The notes under the pieces were generated by a model. That model did not search any database and was not told the origin of the DNA. It worked only from the letters and a program-made list of their open reading frames with translations. The translations under genes were made by a program, and so were the position numbers. From an uncultured archaeon (GTDB lineage Archaea; Asgardarchaeota; Lokiarchaeia; Sigyniarchaeales; SOKP01), in NCBI GenBank assembly GCA_964388035.1, contig CAYLZE010000003.1:32001-96000 (forward strand): 64,000 nt of DNA, in the 5' to 3' direction. Positions 32,149 through 41,103 of the stretch are shown here, piece after piece. Each line of letters starts with the position of its first letter. Within the stretch, counting starts at the first letter, position 1.

Positions 32149-32661
32149 ATGGGAGCCGGAAAAACTTTTTCCATTATTGCTGGAATTATCTCACTAATCT
32201 CCATGTTTTTTCTAACATGGTATGTAAAATTGGAAGATGGTGTGCTGAAGCTGGCTTATGGTATTGTAGGATTTAGAAGCATTCCTCACATGTTTGTATA
32301 TCCTGGATTATATGGAACTCCGTATTGGGTCACTTATATTTTTGCCGGGTTATTTATTTGGCTTTTAATCTCCCCATTTATACAATTTGGAGGAGTTAAA
32401 CACCAATTTATTTCAATTTTGGGCGCAACCATGCCCATATTGATAGCAACGATTATATTATTGAGCGGGTTTGGTGGTCCCATACCCCCTTTAATGAGTT
32501 ATGTGGATGCTTTTTTGGAGTCGGAAGTCTTAATACCAGGAATTATCCCTTTAACTTACGAGATTCCTGGGACTTTTTATCCGATTGGTGTTTATGGAGT
32601 TCTTACTGGGGGCGTTCTTAGCTTAATTGCTGGATTTATTCCCCGAAAAAAGAAGGAATAA
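32149..32661 (+). CDS. Hypothetical membrane protein (paralog of 34061-34549)
   Basis: MGAGK..SIIAGI, AYGI.G, PGIIP, GG.LSLI.GFI shared motifs. Confidence 0.8.
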   Translation: MGAGKTFSIIAGIISLISMFFLTWYVKLEDGVLKLAYGIVGFRSIPHMFVYPGLYGTPYWVTYIFAGLFIWLLISPFIQFGGVKHQFISILGATMPILIATIILLSGFGGPIPPLMSYVDAFLESEVLIPGIIPLTYEIPGTFYPIGVYGVLTGGVLSLIAGFIPRKKKE

Positions 32662-32737
32662 ATAAATTATTTTTTTAATTTTTTTTTTTAATTTTTTATC
32701 TCTTTTTATCGTTCTTCATGTTCAATATTATAATCTA

Positions 32738-33610
32738 TTAATTTTCTTGTCCGATGAGAAATTTGATGTATTTGGGAAAATTCTTGGGATGAAAAAAGAA
32801 CGCGGGAGTGCTTTTTTTATAATCTTCATAACTCGCTCCAAAACGCTGTAGTAATTCTTTTTCTTCGACAACTTTTACATGGATATTCATGCCGATTATA
32901 AACATCACGCAAAGAATTATTGAAAATATCGAAAATCGGAAGAAGATAAAGCTAAAACTCATCAAAAAAAGCCCAAGATAAGTGGGATGGCGTACTATCG
33001 AATAAATTTCAAGATTTTGTACTTCAGATTCTTCGGGATAATAAACATATAAAACTGACATGTAATCGATGCCAAAGGTATGTAAAGACCTTAGCACAGT
33101 TCCGAGTGCAAATATTAGGAATCCTAATCCTATAAGAAGTCTAGGGATATAAGTAAGATCGGCATTACCGAAAACAAAATATGAAAGAGGTTTAGACATG
33201 GTCCACATGAGGGAGCTTTCATCTAATTGGGCATAAAAAACATCAAAGGGAATAAATCCGTGTAACATAGAAACCACAAAAAAGGGGATTCCAATAACTA
33301 CATAGGGAAATGCCATTTGATATGCACGTTCTTGGGATAACTCTAAAAATCTTTTTTTTTTACTCCAAATGCAGCTAACAAGATAAATTCCCGTGGCTTC
33401 GAAAATAAGAGAAGAAATAACGACTATGAATGGTCCTATGCTCCTTAAAATTAAATTGGAAGAATAAAGTACTGGAAGAAGATCTAAAAAGATCATCAAA
33501 CACAACGGACCAATGAATGAAAAAGCCATGATGGGAAGGTAAATAAAAAGTTTATTTCCGGGATAATCAGGGAGCTTCGATCTTAATTTCTCTGTTCCTT
33601 TAATATGCAT
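32738..33610 (-). CDS. PEMT/ICMT family membrane methyltransferase
   Basis: IYSIVRHPTYLG, EEKELLQRFG..YEDYKK..P.F. Confidence 0.8.
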   Translation of the reverse strand: MHIKGTEKLRSKLPDYPGNKLFIYLPIMAFSFIGPLCLMIFLDLLPVLYSSNLILRSIGPFIVVISSLIFEATGIYLVSCIWSKKKRFLELSQERAYQMAFPYVVIGIPFFVVSMLHGFIPFDVFYAQLDESSLMWTMSKPLSYFVFGNADLTYIPRLLIGLGFLIFALGTVLRSLHTFGIDYMSVLYVYYPEESEVQNLEIYSIVRHPTYLGLFLMSFSFIFFRFSIFSIILCVMFIIGMNIHVKVVEEKELLQRFGASYEDYKKSTPAFFFHPKNFPKYIKFLIGQEN

Positions 33611-34060
33611 AAAAAGTTCACTTAAACTAAAATATAATTTACAATATAAAGCTTTTTGCGTTTAATCGTAAAGGTTGTGAGGGATTTTTTGTACTATAAT
33701 GTAAAAAATTCAATTTAAACCAAGTTAGTGATTAGAATATAAATTTAAAATAAAAATTAATTTAAAATTACATTCAATTACAATTAGATGCTCTGAAATC
33801 AAGATTAAGGTAAGAAATACGGCTTGAGATCGAAAAACTTACAAAATACTTACAAATTTCTAAGCTCTATTGACAATTTTGAGGGTATAGGAAATTGAAC
33901 TTTTATTGGATATGTATGGATCAAGGGAAAATTCTTTATTTTTTATTATTTTTCGCGGTTTTTTTTAATAAATATTGTATAAAGATTTTAAAAGATAGAT
34001 TGCTATATTAAAATCATCAGAATTAAAAAAATAATTTATACAAAAAAATAGTGATATATT

Positions 34061-34549
34061 ATGGGCGCAGAAAAAGGTTTAAGCGTAATAGCAGGTATTT
34101 TAACGCTGATTGCCACCTATATATTAGTATGGTATACTACTGCGGGAGGTGAATACGCTTATGGGATTGGAGGAATACTTGGTTTTCTTGGTTTACTTAC
34201 AGATTTTACTAATTGGGTCACATATGTCGTCATAGTTATCGATGTCTTGCTTTTAATTTCATTTCTTTTACAATTTATAGGAGCAAAAAGCCGAGCAACC
34301 GCAATTATCGGAGCTATCATGCCATTAGTCATTGGAATTTTTATTATCTTAAACACTTTTGGATTAGATGTTATTGGATTCATGAATTTTCTAAGCGTGT
34401 TCGAGACCTCCTTCACGATTGTTCCTGGGATCATACCTTTCGATTATGCACTTCCTACCCGACCTGAATCAATAGGGACATATGTGTTATTACTTGGTGG
34501 ACTTTTAAGTTTAATTAGTGGCTTTATAAGTAGATCTATCTATTATTAA
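34061..34549 (+). CDS. Hypothetical membrane protein (paralog of 32149-32661)
   Basis: Same motifs as 32149-32661; AGTGA RBS 6 nt before ATG. Confidence 0.8.
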   Translation: MGAEKGLSVIAGILTLIATYILVWYTTAGGEYAYGIGGILGFLGLLTDFTNWVTYVVIVIDVLLLISFLLQFIGAKSRATAIIGAIMPLVIGIFIILNTFGLDVIGFMNFLSVFETSFTIVPGIIPFDYALPTRPESIGTYVLLLGGLLSLISGFISRSIYY

Positions 34550-34681
34550 ATATCATTTCTTTTTTTAATCTTACTTTTCTTTTCTTTTCTTTATTTTCTA
34601 TATTCTTAAAGCCTTCTAACGAAAACTTTTATCGAAATGTGATGTTAAGATGAATTATAATTTATCCGTAATCAATCATTT

Positions 34682-35215
34682 TTGGAAAAAGATATGGAAG
34701 AAATAAAAGAACCTGATGGGTTAGAGAAAAAGTCAATTGCATTCGAAAAGAAAAGCATTAGTTTGCGGGTGGCATTAACAGCCATGACAGCAGCTTTATA
34801 TACTGCTTTAGGGTATATTTTTCAGCCGATAAGCTTTTTAGGAATCCAATTTCGCGTGGCAGAATTGATTGCGGGAATGTGTATTTTATTTCCTTTTGAA
34901 GGGTTAATTGGCAAAGTAATTGGTGTTTTTTTCGTTAACCTAAGTTCTCCCTTGGGGATCATAGATTTACTTAGTTGCATTGTAAATATTCCTGCTTTAT
35001 ATTGTATTATCATTTTTAGGAATAAGAAAAGATTGAAATACTTAGGTGGAATTATATACGCAATGATCATTTCCTTATATGTGGCAATTATCATTAATTT
35101 CGTATTACAATTGCCCATTTGGTTGATTTTCATTCAAGTATTGGTTTCTGAAGTCATACTAGCTTCTTTAGGGATTTTTCTATTCGATTATATACGAAAA
35201 AAAATCGAATTATAA
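34682..35215 (+). CDS. queT: QueT-family ECF transporter S component
   Basis: A..AALY.AL...QPISF..IQFRVAE, NLSSPLGIID. Confidence 0.8.
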   Translation: MEKDMEEIKEPDGLEKKSIAFEKKSISLRVALTAMTAALYTALGYIFQPISFLGIQFRVAELIAGMCILFPFEGLIGKVIGVFFVNLSSPLGIIDLLSCIVNIPALYCIIIFRNKKRLKYLGGIIYAMIISLYVAIIINFVLQLPIWLIFIQVLVSEVILASLGIFLFDYIRKKIEL

Positions 35216-35493
35216 TTAAATTCAAAATAAGTTCAAAACGGGATTAAAGATAACTTCCAAAGTCTATTTTTTAATAAATTCTCTATATTACCGAATAGAA
35301 CTATATTTCTCTTAGAATCTATAGACTTAAATCTTAAATGGAGCGGGTTTTATTCATTAAATCGAGAATATATTAAAGAAAGTGTGATAAAAATCGAAAA
35401 TCTTATATTAGAAAATTACAATGCATCCGAGAATTTTAGAGACATTAGTCTTATTCCAAATGAATCTAATACAATTTGCCTTAAAAATAGCTT

Positions 35494-35943
35494 TTAAATC
35501 GATAAATAATTAGTCTTCAAGTTATTTGGAGGTTCAGATTGAACACAAACGGGCTCAATTAAGCTTTTAATTACGTTATTGAAGCTTTGATATTTCCTAA
35601 TCTCTTTAACTTCCTGATATGAAGCTTCCGGATACATGATTAAAAAAGTATTTAAACATTTCATGAGACTTTTTTCATAGAATGTAATTTTGTCAGAATT
35701 ATCTAATAAAAAGAAGATCATGGTATTTTTTTTCTCATGCATTAAAAACTTTAATTGATTCATCTGAATTAACCGTATTCTATTTTGACCCAATTCATTG
35801 CAGAAATGTCTAATTGCTGTCAAAAAACAGCCAATTAGCTCAGATCCTAGCGCTTCCTCTTTATATTGATTAAGAGAATTAAATTTTTTCGTATAGAGCG
35901 TTATTCCGCTAGGAATGTTTATTATTGATACTATATGTATTAT
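35494..35943 (-). CDS. Longin-like domain protein (probable ATA start; ORF track starts at 35823)
   Basis: Open frame upstream gives (M)IHIVSIINIPSGITLYTKKF...ELIGCFLTAIRHFCNEL; GGAGTGA RBS 6 nt before ATA 35943. Confidence 0.65.
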   Translation of the reverse strand: MIHIVSIINIPSGITLYTKKFNSLNQYKEEALGSELIGCFLTAIRHFCNELGQNRIRLIQMNQLKFLMHEKKNTMIFFLLDNSDKITFYEKSLMKCLNTFLIMYPEASYQEVKEIRKYQSFNNVIKSLIEPVCVQSEPPNNLKTNYLSI

Positions 35944-36256
35944 TATTCATCACTCCAATCATTATAAAAAAATGATTACTCACCTATTGTTTATAAAAAA
36001 CCATTTAAACTAGATGCTTATATCATCTTTTCAATTTTACTGTTTTCACCACAATTAACTCCAGCAAAAAAGGAATATCTTTCATAGTTCAAATTTTCCA
36101 AATTCATGGCTTTCATTAATATTAAAGTGAAACAGAAAATCTTAAAAAATGAGTAGGTGAAATAAATTTAATAATTTCTTGAAATGAAAGCATTTGATTT
36201 ATTTATTAATTCCTTTGAAATAGATAGTGGATAATAAGTTATACAGACGATTAAGA

Positions 36257-36676
36257 TTATTTGATGATATCTGTAATGAAGCAGGTTTCTATTATTTTAA
36301 TTCCTTCAATACGTGAAATTTTATTCTCAATAATTGGGTTGAACTCCTCAATAGAAGGTATTTCTAGCTTTAAAAATAACCCGCATTCTCCTGAAAGTCT
36401 CCAGATATCCGAAATTTCCTCTATAGTTGTTAATTCTTTTATAATATTCTTAATATTTTTAAAATTGGGTTCTATTTTTATCGTTGCACGTATTTTAGGT
36501 TTTGAGTTGATCTCATAATCAATAGTAAATTTTTTGATTATATCATCTTTAATTAAGCTTTTTACCCTCCTCCTGATAGTTGCTTCTGTTCTTCCTACTA
36601 CTTTCGCAATATCGCTATATGAAGATCGACTATCTTTTTCTAATTCCTCCAAAATTCTCTGATCTATTACGTCAAT
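36257..36676 (-). CDS. Lrp/AsnC family transcriptional regulator (probable ATT start)
   Basis: (M)DVIDQRILEELEKDSRSSYSDIAK..G.TEATIRRRV..L...DIIKKFTI; RAM domain LSGEC. Confidence 0.9.
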   Translation of the reverse strand: MDVIDQRILEELEKDSRSSYSDIAKVVGRTEATIRRRVKSLIKDDIIKKFTIDYEINSKPKIRATIKIEPNFKNIKNIIKELTTIEEISDIWRLSGECGLFLKLEIPSIEEFNPIIENKISRIEGIKIIETCFITDIIK

Positions 36677-36709
36677 AAAATTACTTCACCTATTAATGAT
36701 TCTTTTATC

Positions 36710-36729
36710 GATCATTTTTAAAAATGATC
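36710..36729. promoter_or_regulatory. Perfect 20-bp palindrome upstream of the Lrp gene, putative operator
   Basis: GATCATTTTTAAAAATGATC. Confidence 0.55.
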
Positions 36730-36969
36730 ATCTTATTTATTAATTAGGATGAAGTATTATTAAATTTTATCATTTTATAGTCAAAAAGGAATATTGATCT
36801 TATCAAAACGAAAATTTTTGTAGCAAATTCTCTATTAAATTATTAAAACATGCATAATTAACCTCATTTAACATTAATTTTAAGTAAAAGTGCTTTTTAT
36901 TAACTGTTGATAACCCTAAATTTTATATTAAAAACTTTAATTTCAATGCATTTTAAAGGAAGATAGCCT

Positions 36970-38163
36970 TTAATTTTGGTTAAGCCCTTTTATTTTATTT
37001 TCATTTCCTGGAATAACAATTTTTCCTTCCTCGATTTTTTTATATATCAACCCTAAAATGAATCCTAAGATAAAACCAACTATAATGTTAATAAGGAAAC
37101 AGAGTAGTCCAGAAAGTAAAATTATCATAAATTTTTTAATTTCAAAATCTTTCGTGGAGACTCTCCCCAATAAGAACGCAGTATAGAGAAGCATTGCTCC
37201 AAGAATTGCTTGGGGAAAATTGGAAAACATCATAAAAAGGGTTTGAGAAAAAAATAGTCCTAAGAACAGTTCAATGGTTCCCTCCATGATCATTGAACCT
37301 CCTGTTCGTGCCCCAAAGGCATATTGAGCTGCAAATCCTCCAGAACCATGACACAAAGGGATTCCTCCCAGGAAGGGACTAAACAAATTAATAACCCCCA
37401 TATTATCTGCCAAAGTATTTGCATTTACTTTATTGGCTTGATCAGGAAAAAAATCCTTTATTAGGGCAGTTGTAGCAATCATTACATTAGTTAAAGTAAG
37501 AAATAATTGGGCAATTCCTGCAGCAACCATTCCTATTAATAGATTTTCCCAATTAGGTAAATAAAAATCAAAATAGGGCATATTAAATGCAATATCATTG
37601 GTAGAAACTAAATTTGTTATAAGAATAAGGAATATACCAAGAAATACTAGGATGATTGCTGATGGATTCCATTTGAACTTCATTAAGACAAGAATAATTC
37701 CTACTGAAATAAATCCCAAGAGATAATTCGTTGAAAATAAGAGCAGAGCAGCCCATCCTAAGATTAACCCCAATCCAAGTTGAATCCCCCGCACAGTAAT
37801 TGTTGGAACCTTCTTTATAATATAATTAATTTTTTTTGAAAATCCTAATATAGCCCATACGATTCCTGTTCCAAATCCTGTTGAAATTACTAAACTAGGG
37901 GTCCATTTATTCGCTAGCGCAATGGTTCCTATGGTTTTTTGCGGTTCAATCGGTAAAGGAAGATTATATTTTATTCCAAGAATTATATTTGTGAGACCTA
38001 AACATAAAAAAATGCCAGCAGGATTTAACCGGACAATAGAAACATATCCTATAATGAAGGGAATAAGCGTTCCCCAATCTCCCAACGAACCCGATAATTC
38101 CCCTATGGTGAATTTTCTCTTAATTTTATGGATTATTTGTTCTTCTTGAAAGATTTCTGCCAT
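36970..38163 (-). CDS. MOT1-family molybdate/sulfate transporter
   Basis: ELSGSLGDWGTLIP, PLPIEPQK, VRGIQLGLG, PLCHGSGGFAAQYAFGARTG. Confidence 0.88.
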   Translation of the reverse strand: MAEIFQEEQIIHKIKRKFTIGELSGSLGDWGTLIPFIIGYVSIVRLNPAGIFLCLGLTNIILGIKYNLPLPIEPQKTIGTIALANKWTPSLVISTGFGTGIVWAILGFSKKINYIIKKVPTITVRGIQLGLGLILGWAALLLFSTNYLLGFISVGIILVLMKFKWNPSAIILVFLGIFLILITNLVSTNDIAFNMPYFDFYLPNWENLLIGMVAAGIAQLFLTLTNVMIATTALIKDFFPDQANKVNANTLADNMGVINLFSPFLGGIPLCHGSGGFAAQYAFGARTGGSMIMEGTIELFLGLFFSQTLFMMFSNFPQAILGAMLLYTAFLLGRVSTKDFEIKKFMIILLSGLLCFLINIIVGFILGFILGLIYKKIEEGKIVIPGNENKIKGLNQN

Positions 38164-38338
38164 CCCAAATCATAATAAATTGCTTATTTTAATCAATGAA
38201 ATTATTAGTATAAAAAAGACCTTTCTACCTATTTAATACCGAAAAAAATCACATATATTTTTCCAATATCTATATTTTATTACTAATAGAAATTAACAAT
38301 TCAAAATTTTGCCCTATCATTCATGAGAGGTTATAAAA

Positions 38339-38956
38339 ATGACTAATTGGAGTAATAGCAGTAGGGAGATTCTCTTTTATCGGATAATTTTTGCGGGATT
38401 AGGTTTGATTACATTGATAATTACTGCAGTGATTGGTGCGGAATTCTTTCTATTTAGTTTGATATCTTTTACCATGCAGACTAACTTGATGGTTTCTATT
38501 TGGTGGATCTTAGCAATCATTTGGCATAATAAACCGGAAAAACTCAAAAAAATATCAGGATTACTTAAAGGTGCTTTCACTCTATATATTACAGTTACTT
38601 TTGTGATTTTTGCATTGCTACTTAGCATATTCTATCAACCAACGGGTTTTGAAGCATTCATGAATCTAGTCGTACATTATATAGTCCCCATTGCATTTAT
38701 CATTGATTGGTTGTTAACTGAGAAAGATATCAAATATAAATGGACATATTTGTTGTATTTTATGGCCTATCCTTTATGTTATTTGGTTTTTTCGCAAATA
38801 TACGGCGATATTACGCGTAATTATTTATATTACTTTTTGGACATCAGTACTTTAGGTGGTTTAGCGTTCGCTCTTTATGTGATATTCTTAATTGCTTTCT
38901 TTATTGCTGTAGGAAGCCTATATATCGCAATAAATAGAAAAAGAATAAGGGAATAG
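38339..38956 (+). CDS. Pr6Pr / FAR-17a-AIG1-like membrane protein
   Basis: SFTMQTN, HYIVP...IDWLL, YPLCY, YYFLD. Confidence 0.75.
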   Translation: MTNWSNSSREILFYRIIFAGLGLITLIITAVIGAEFFLFSLISFTMQTNLMVSIWWILAIIWHNKPEKLKKISGLLKGAFTLYITVTFVIFALLLSIFYQPTGFEAFMNLVVHYIVPIAFIIDWLLTEKDIKYKWTYLLYFMAYPLCYLVFSQIYGDITRNYLYYFLDISTLGGLAFALYVIFLIAFFIAVGSLYIAINRKRIRE

Positions 38957-39020
38957 ATTTCTTAACTCTTTTTTTTATATTTTAAATTAGTATTATGATG
39001 CATGTGATATGCTTCTCATT

Positions 39021-40142
39021 TTAACATTGATTTTTTTCAGCACTCGCTAATTCTGCTTTTTTATCCATTATTGTCATGTATGTAGCGGCAGTGTTTAAAG
39101 GCGGTATAATTTCCTCTTCTTTCTTGTATAATTTTATGGCTTCAGATGTGCATGTGGAAACACAAACACCGCAACCGATACATTTTGATCGATTAATATG
39201 AGCAATAGCGTTTTCAACAGTTATGGCATCCATATTGCAGCGATCCAAGCAAATCTCACAACCAATACAAGCATCTTCATCGACTTCTGCATAAAAATTT
39301 GTAGCAAAAAGGCGGGCAGGTTCATCAAATTGCTTTTGATTGGTCAGAACCTCGCAGCAACAACCGCAACAAGTGCATATGCACATAGGCCTCTGGGAAT
39401 TGCCCGGCTGAATTACCAAGCCTGCTTCCTCTACTTTTTTTAAAATTTGGAATGCTCGTTCTTTTGTTATTTCCTTACCAAATCCTCGATCAATATAAGC
39501 ATCTGCTGCTCTATTAAAGCTAAAACAAGATTCTCTTAAATCCGTTTTTTTACACGGGTCTCCGATTATATCTTTTGATTTCCTGCAAATACACTCAGCT
39601 ACTGCAATTTTACTAGAATTTTCTATCAAAGTTCTAAGGTTATCATATGTTGAGATCCCCATCTCATTATCTATGCTCTGTTCAACAGGAATAACGCGTA
39701 ATTGGGGTATGCCCGGTTTGTTATATTCATCCTTGAAGAAGGATTCTTCAAAATATTGCTTTACATCTTTAATAAACTCAGGAGTCAATCTCTTTAATTG
39801 ATATTCGAACATTCCAATAACCAAGGGCGCATTTGCATAATATTTTATTAATTTATCGCCCTCTCGATTTGTACCAAAATTAAGTAAACCTTTTTCATAC
39901 ATGGTATCTAGTGATTTTTCAAGGTTGTCGATTGAAATTCCTGTTTTTTTAACTTTTCTATAGATCTTTTCTAAGGGTTCAGCGATAAAATTTAATTTAG
40001 TTGCCAATTCTGCCTCTTCCGGGGTAAAAAGGTGTTGCAACACTTTCAATTCAATGCCAGATTCCGTTTTTGGAAATCCTACGGGCATTTTATCGAAATG
40101 CTGACGTAACTTTTGATATATTTCCATTTTTTGATCAGACAT
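39021..40142 (-). CDS. Multi-[4Fe-4S] protein with N-terminal HTH-like region
   Basis: LFTPEEAELA, CICR...C...C, ICTCCGCCC, CIGCEICLDRC, CIGCGVCVSTC. Confidence 0.88.
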   Translation of the reverse strand: MSDQKMEIYQKLRQHFDKMPVGFPKTESGIELKVLQHLFTPEEAELATKLNFIAEPLEKIYRKVKKTGISIDNLEKSLDTMYEKGLLNFGTNREGDKLIKYYANAPLVIGMFEYQLKRLTPEFIKDVKQYFEESFFKDEYNKPGIPQLRVIPVEQSIDNEMGISTYDNLRTLIENSSKIAVAECICRKSKDIIGDPCKKTDLRESCFSFNRAADAYIDRGFGKEITKERAFQILKKVEEAGLVIQPGNSQRPMCICTCCGCCCEVLTNQKQFDEPARLFATNFYAEVDEDACIGCEICLDRCNMDAITVENAIAHINRSKCIGCGVCVSTCTSEAIKLYKKEEEIIPPLNTAATYMTIMDKKAELASAEKNQC

Positions 40143-40210
40143 ACAACATCCAATATTTTTTAATATATAAAGTATTGTATTTACTATAGTTTTCTATACC
40201 ACTATATGAG

Positions 40211-40990
40211 ATGCAAACGATGATTGAAGAAAAAGAAGAATTTAAAGCAATTAATAAGAAAATTAACGATCTTAATAATAAAGTAACTGCTTTACAAGAC
40301 ATCATTCTTACCATGCATAACGATTTTAAGATCTTTTTTGAAGCTAATCTTAGGACAAAATCCATACCTCAATTAGATCAAGAAACAAATAAATGTTATA
40401 AGGGATTTTTGGCTGATATTCCTTCAGATTGTAAATTTAGAACGCAGTGTTCTTTAATCATAGAAAATGAAGTTTTTAAAGTATTGAGAATTTACGAATT
40501 GACTGGACCTTCAGAGTCTTTAAAATATTTAGAAGGTACCATTATCAAATTAAAAAAATTAATAAAAAAGTCAAATTGCAGAAATGAAAATTGTATTAAT
40601 AATGCATTTAAAATATTTACGATTTTAACTGAACTTATTTCAGAACCTCATGAGAAACATCTAAATGCAAATTTTATAGAGGATATTTCCCCAAACGCTA
40701 ATTTTTTTAATGATGAATTAGATGAAGCAATTAGTGAATTATTAGCACCATTATCAAACAATTTAAGAATCAAAATTTTAAAAGAATTGTCGAAGGGAAG
40801 CAAATCGTTCACTCAATTAGAGCAAGAAATAAAAATTCAAGGCGGCCATCTTCAACATCATTTAAAATATCTTATCAAAGCTAATTATGTAGAAAAGAAG
40901 GGAGATTATCATTTAACCACATCTGGATTGATCATTTTAAAGTATTTAAACAATTTAAGCAAAATAATCTATAATCAAAAGTATGAATGA
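40211..40990 (+). CDS. ArsR-type regulator with Cys-rich N-terminal domain
   Basis: C-terminal PLSNNLRIKILKEL...SFTQL...GGHLQHHL...YHLTTSG; five Cys in the N-terminal domain. Confidence 0.8.
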   Translation: MQTMIEEKEEFKAINKKINDLNNKVTALQDIILTMHNDFKIFFEANLRTKSIPQLDQETNKCYKGFLADIPSDCKFRTQCSLIIENEVFKVLRIYELTGPSESLKYLEGTIIKLKKLIKKSNCRNENCINNAFKIFTILTELISEPHEKHLNANFIEDISPNANFFNDELDEAISELLAPLSNNLRIKILKELSKGSKSFTQLEQEIKIQGGHLQHHLKYLIKANYVEKKGDYHLTTSGLIILKYLNNLSKIIYNQKYE

Positions 40991-41103
40991 AAATTACTTA
41001 AAATAATCATTTGATCTAATTTTTTCTTGAATAGAATACAAATTATTATACATCTTTTTTCTTTTTCTAAATTGTGTACTATATATTGGAATAGTGAGTT
41101 CAA

